Assembly: GCA_977018835.1 (NCBI GenBank)
Contig: OZ361256.1
Location: 1,364,001-1,428,000 of the forward strand
Direction: 5' to 3'
DNA from: Minutocellus sp. GHC0000111
Taxonomy: Eukaryota
Length of the DNA: 64,000 bases
A program made the position numbers and the translations under genes. How positions within the stretch are numbered: position 1 is the stretch's first letter; each line of letters starts with the position of its first letter. Below, one piece after another: positions 63,390-64,000 of the stretch. The notes beneath the pieces are model-generated. The model did not search any database. It was not told where the DNA came from and worked only from the letters and a program-made list of their open reading frames with translations.

Positions 63390-64000
63390 TTAGTCCAAAT
63401 CGAGAACGTCTTCATCATCGTCCCCATCATCCATATCCACGAACTCTTCTTCCCCATCATCAAAGTCGATGTCCTCGTCGTCTCCCTCGCCGACTGGCTC
63501 GCCCTCGTCGGCAAAATCTTCCTCACCGCCAACATTCCATTTAGCAGCCTCCTCCTCCATTCTAGCTCTTCTCTTTCTCTCCATCCCTGCAATTTCCTCG
63601 GGAGTCTTGGGTTTAAGATTGTTCTTCTTCATGTGCTCCTGACGCCTCCTTTTACGCTCAGCCCTACGTCCCTCCTTGCTGCCATCGTTCTCGGCAAACA
63701 TACCTGGCGGCGTCTGTTCAGCCTGCTTCTTCTTGCGAGCCTTGTCCTTCTGTCCACGGATTCGCTCTCTCTTCTTGCGCTCAGCTTCTTCCAATTTCTT
63801 CGTTCTGGTCTTGATACTGGGAAGCATGGGCAACTTTGTCGGCTTGCTCGAACCAGATTGGGCCTTCTTGATCAGTGTATTGATCGCCCCGTACGAGATG
63901 GAAGGATCCTCGAGGGGCAGGATGGACGTTACGAGGCGTCCTTTTCCCTCAGCATCCTTGTCCTTGTCACTGACCTCGAGCCCACCACTGACCTTTTTAA
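63390..64000 (-). CDS. C-terminal part of a protein with Lys/Arg-rich helix and acidic tail; 5' end outside the window
   Basis: Frame open from the window end (KKVSGGLEV...) to DDDEDVLDLD*. Confidence 0.75.
   Translation of the reverse strand, partial: KKVSGGLEVSDKDKDAEGKGRLVTSILPLEDPSISYGAINTLIKKAQSGSSKPTKLPMLPSIKTRTKKLEEAERKKRERIRGQKDKARKKKQAEQTPPGMFAENDGSKEGRRAERKRRRQEHMKKNNLKPKTPEEIAGMERKRRARMEEEAAKWNVGGEEDFADEGEPVGEGDDEDIDFDDGEEEFVDMDDGDDDEDVLDLD

Overview
Eukaryotic nuclear DNA with GT-AG introns, almost certainly from a diatom: it carries a silicanin-like RxL membrane protein, HA-repeat and HSF genes, and a plastid ClpR. Layout: (1) 1-3.5 kb, a decayed tyrosine-recombinase (DIRS/Ngaro-type) retrotransposon. 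(2) 3.7-8.2 kb, a 4-TM gene, PCID2/Thp1 and a Harbinger fragment. (3) 8156-50166, a tandem segmental amplification (units of 20107 bp, 17145 bp and a 4.76-kb partial unit) with nested 2961-bp arrays of form A(BA)n, MITEs and a foldback hairpin. (4) 50.4-64 kb, ClpR, PCNA, a SAP30-SGF29 fusion, two HSF genes and a Tc1/mariner relic. The most striking signal is a repeat-focused mutational process that converts TpA to TpG or CpA. There is no TA in the first 1017 nt, motif and catalytic Tyr codons have become His/Cys, and sister repeat copies carry reciprocal TG/CA alleles at the same TA site. It co-occurs with 2-5 bp micro-duplications and behaves like a fungal RIP-style genome defence with the opposite chemistry. 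All comparisons were made by eye; no database searches were run.
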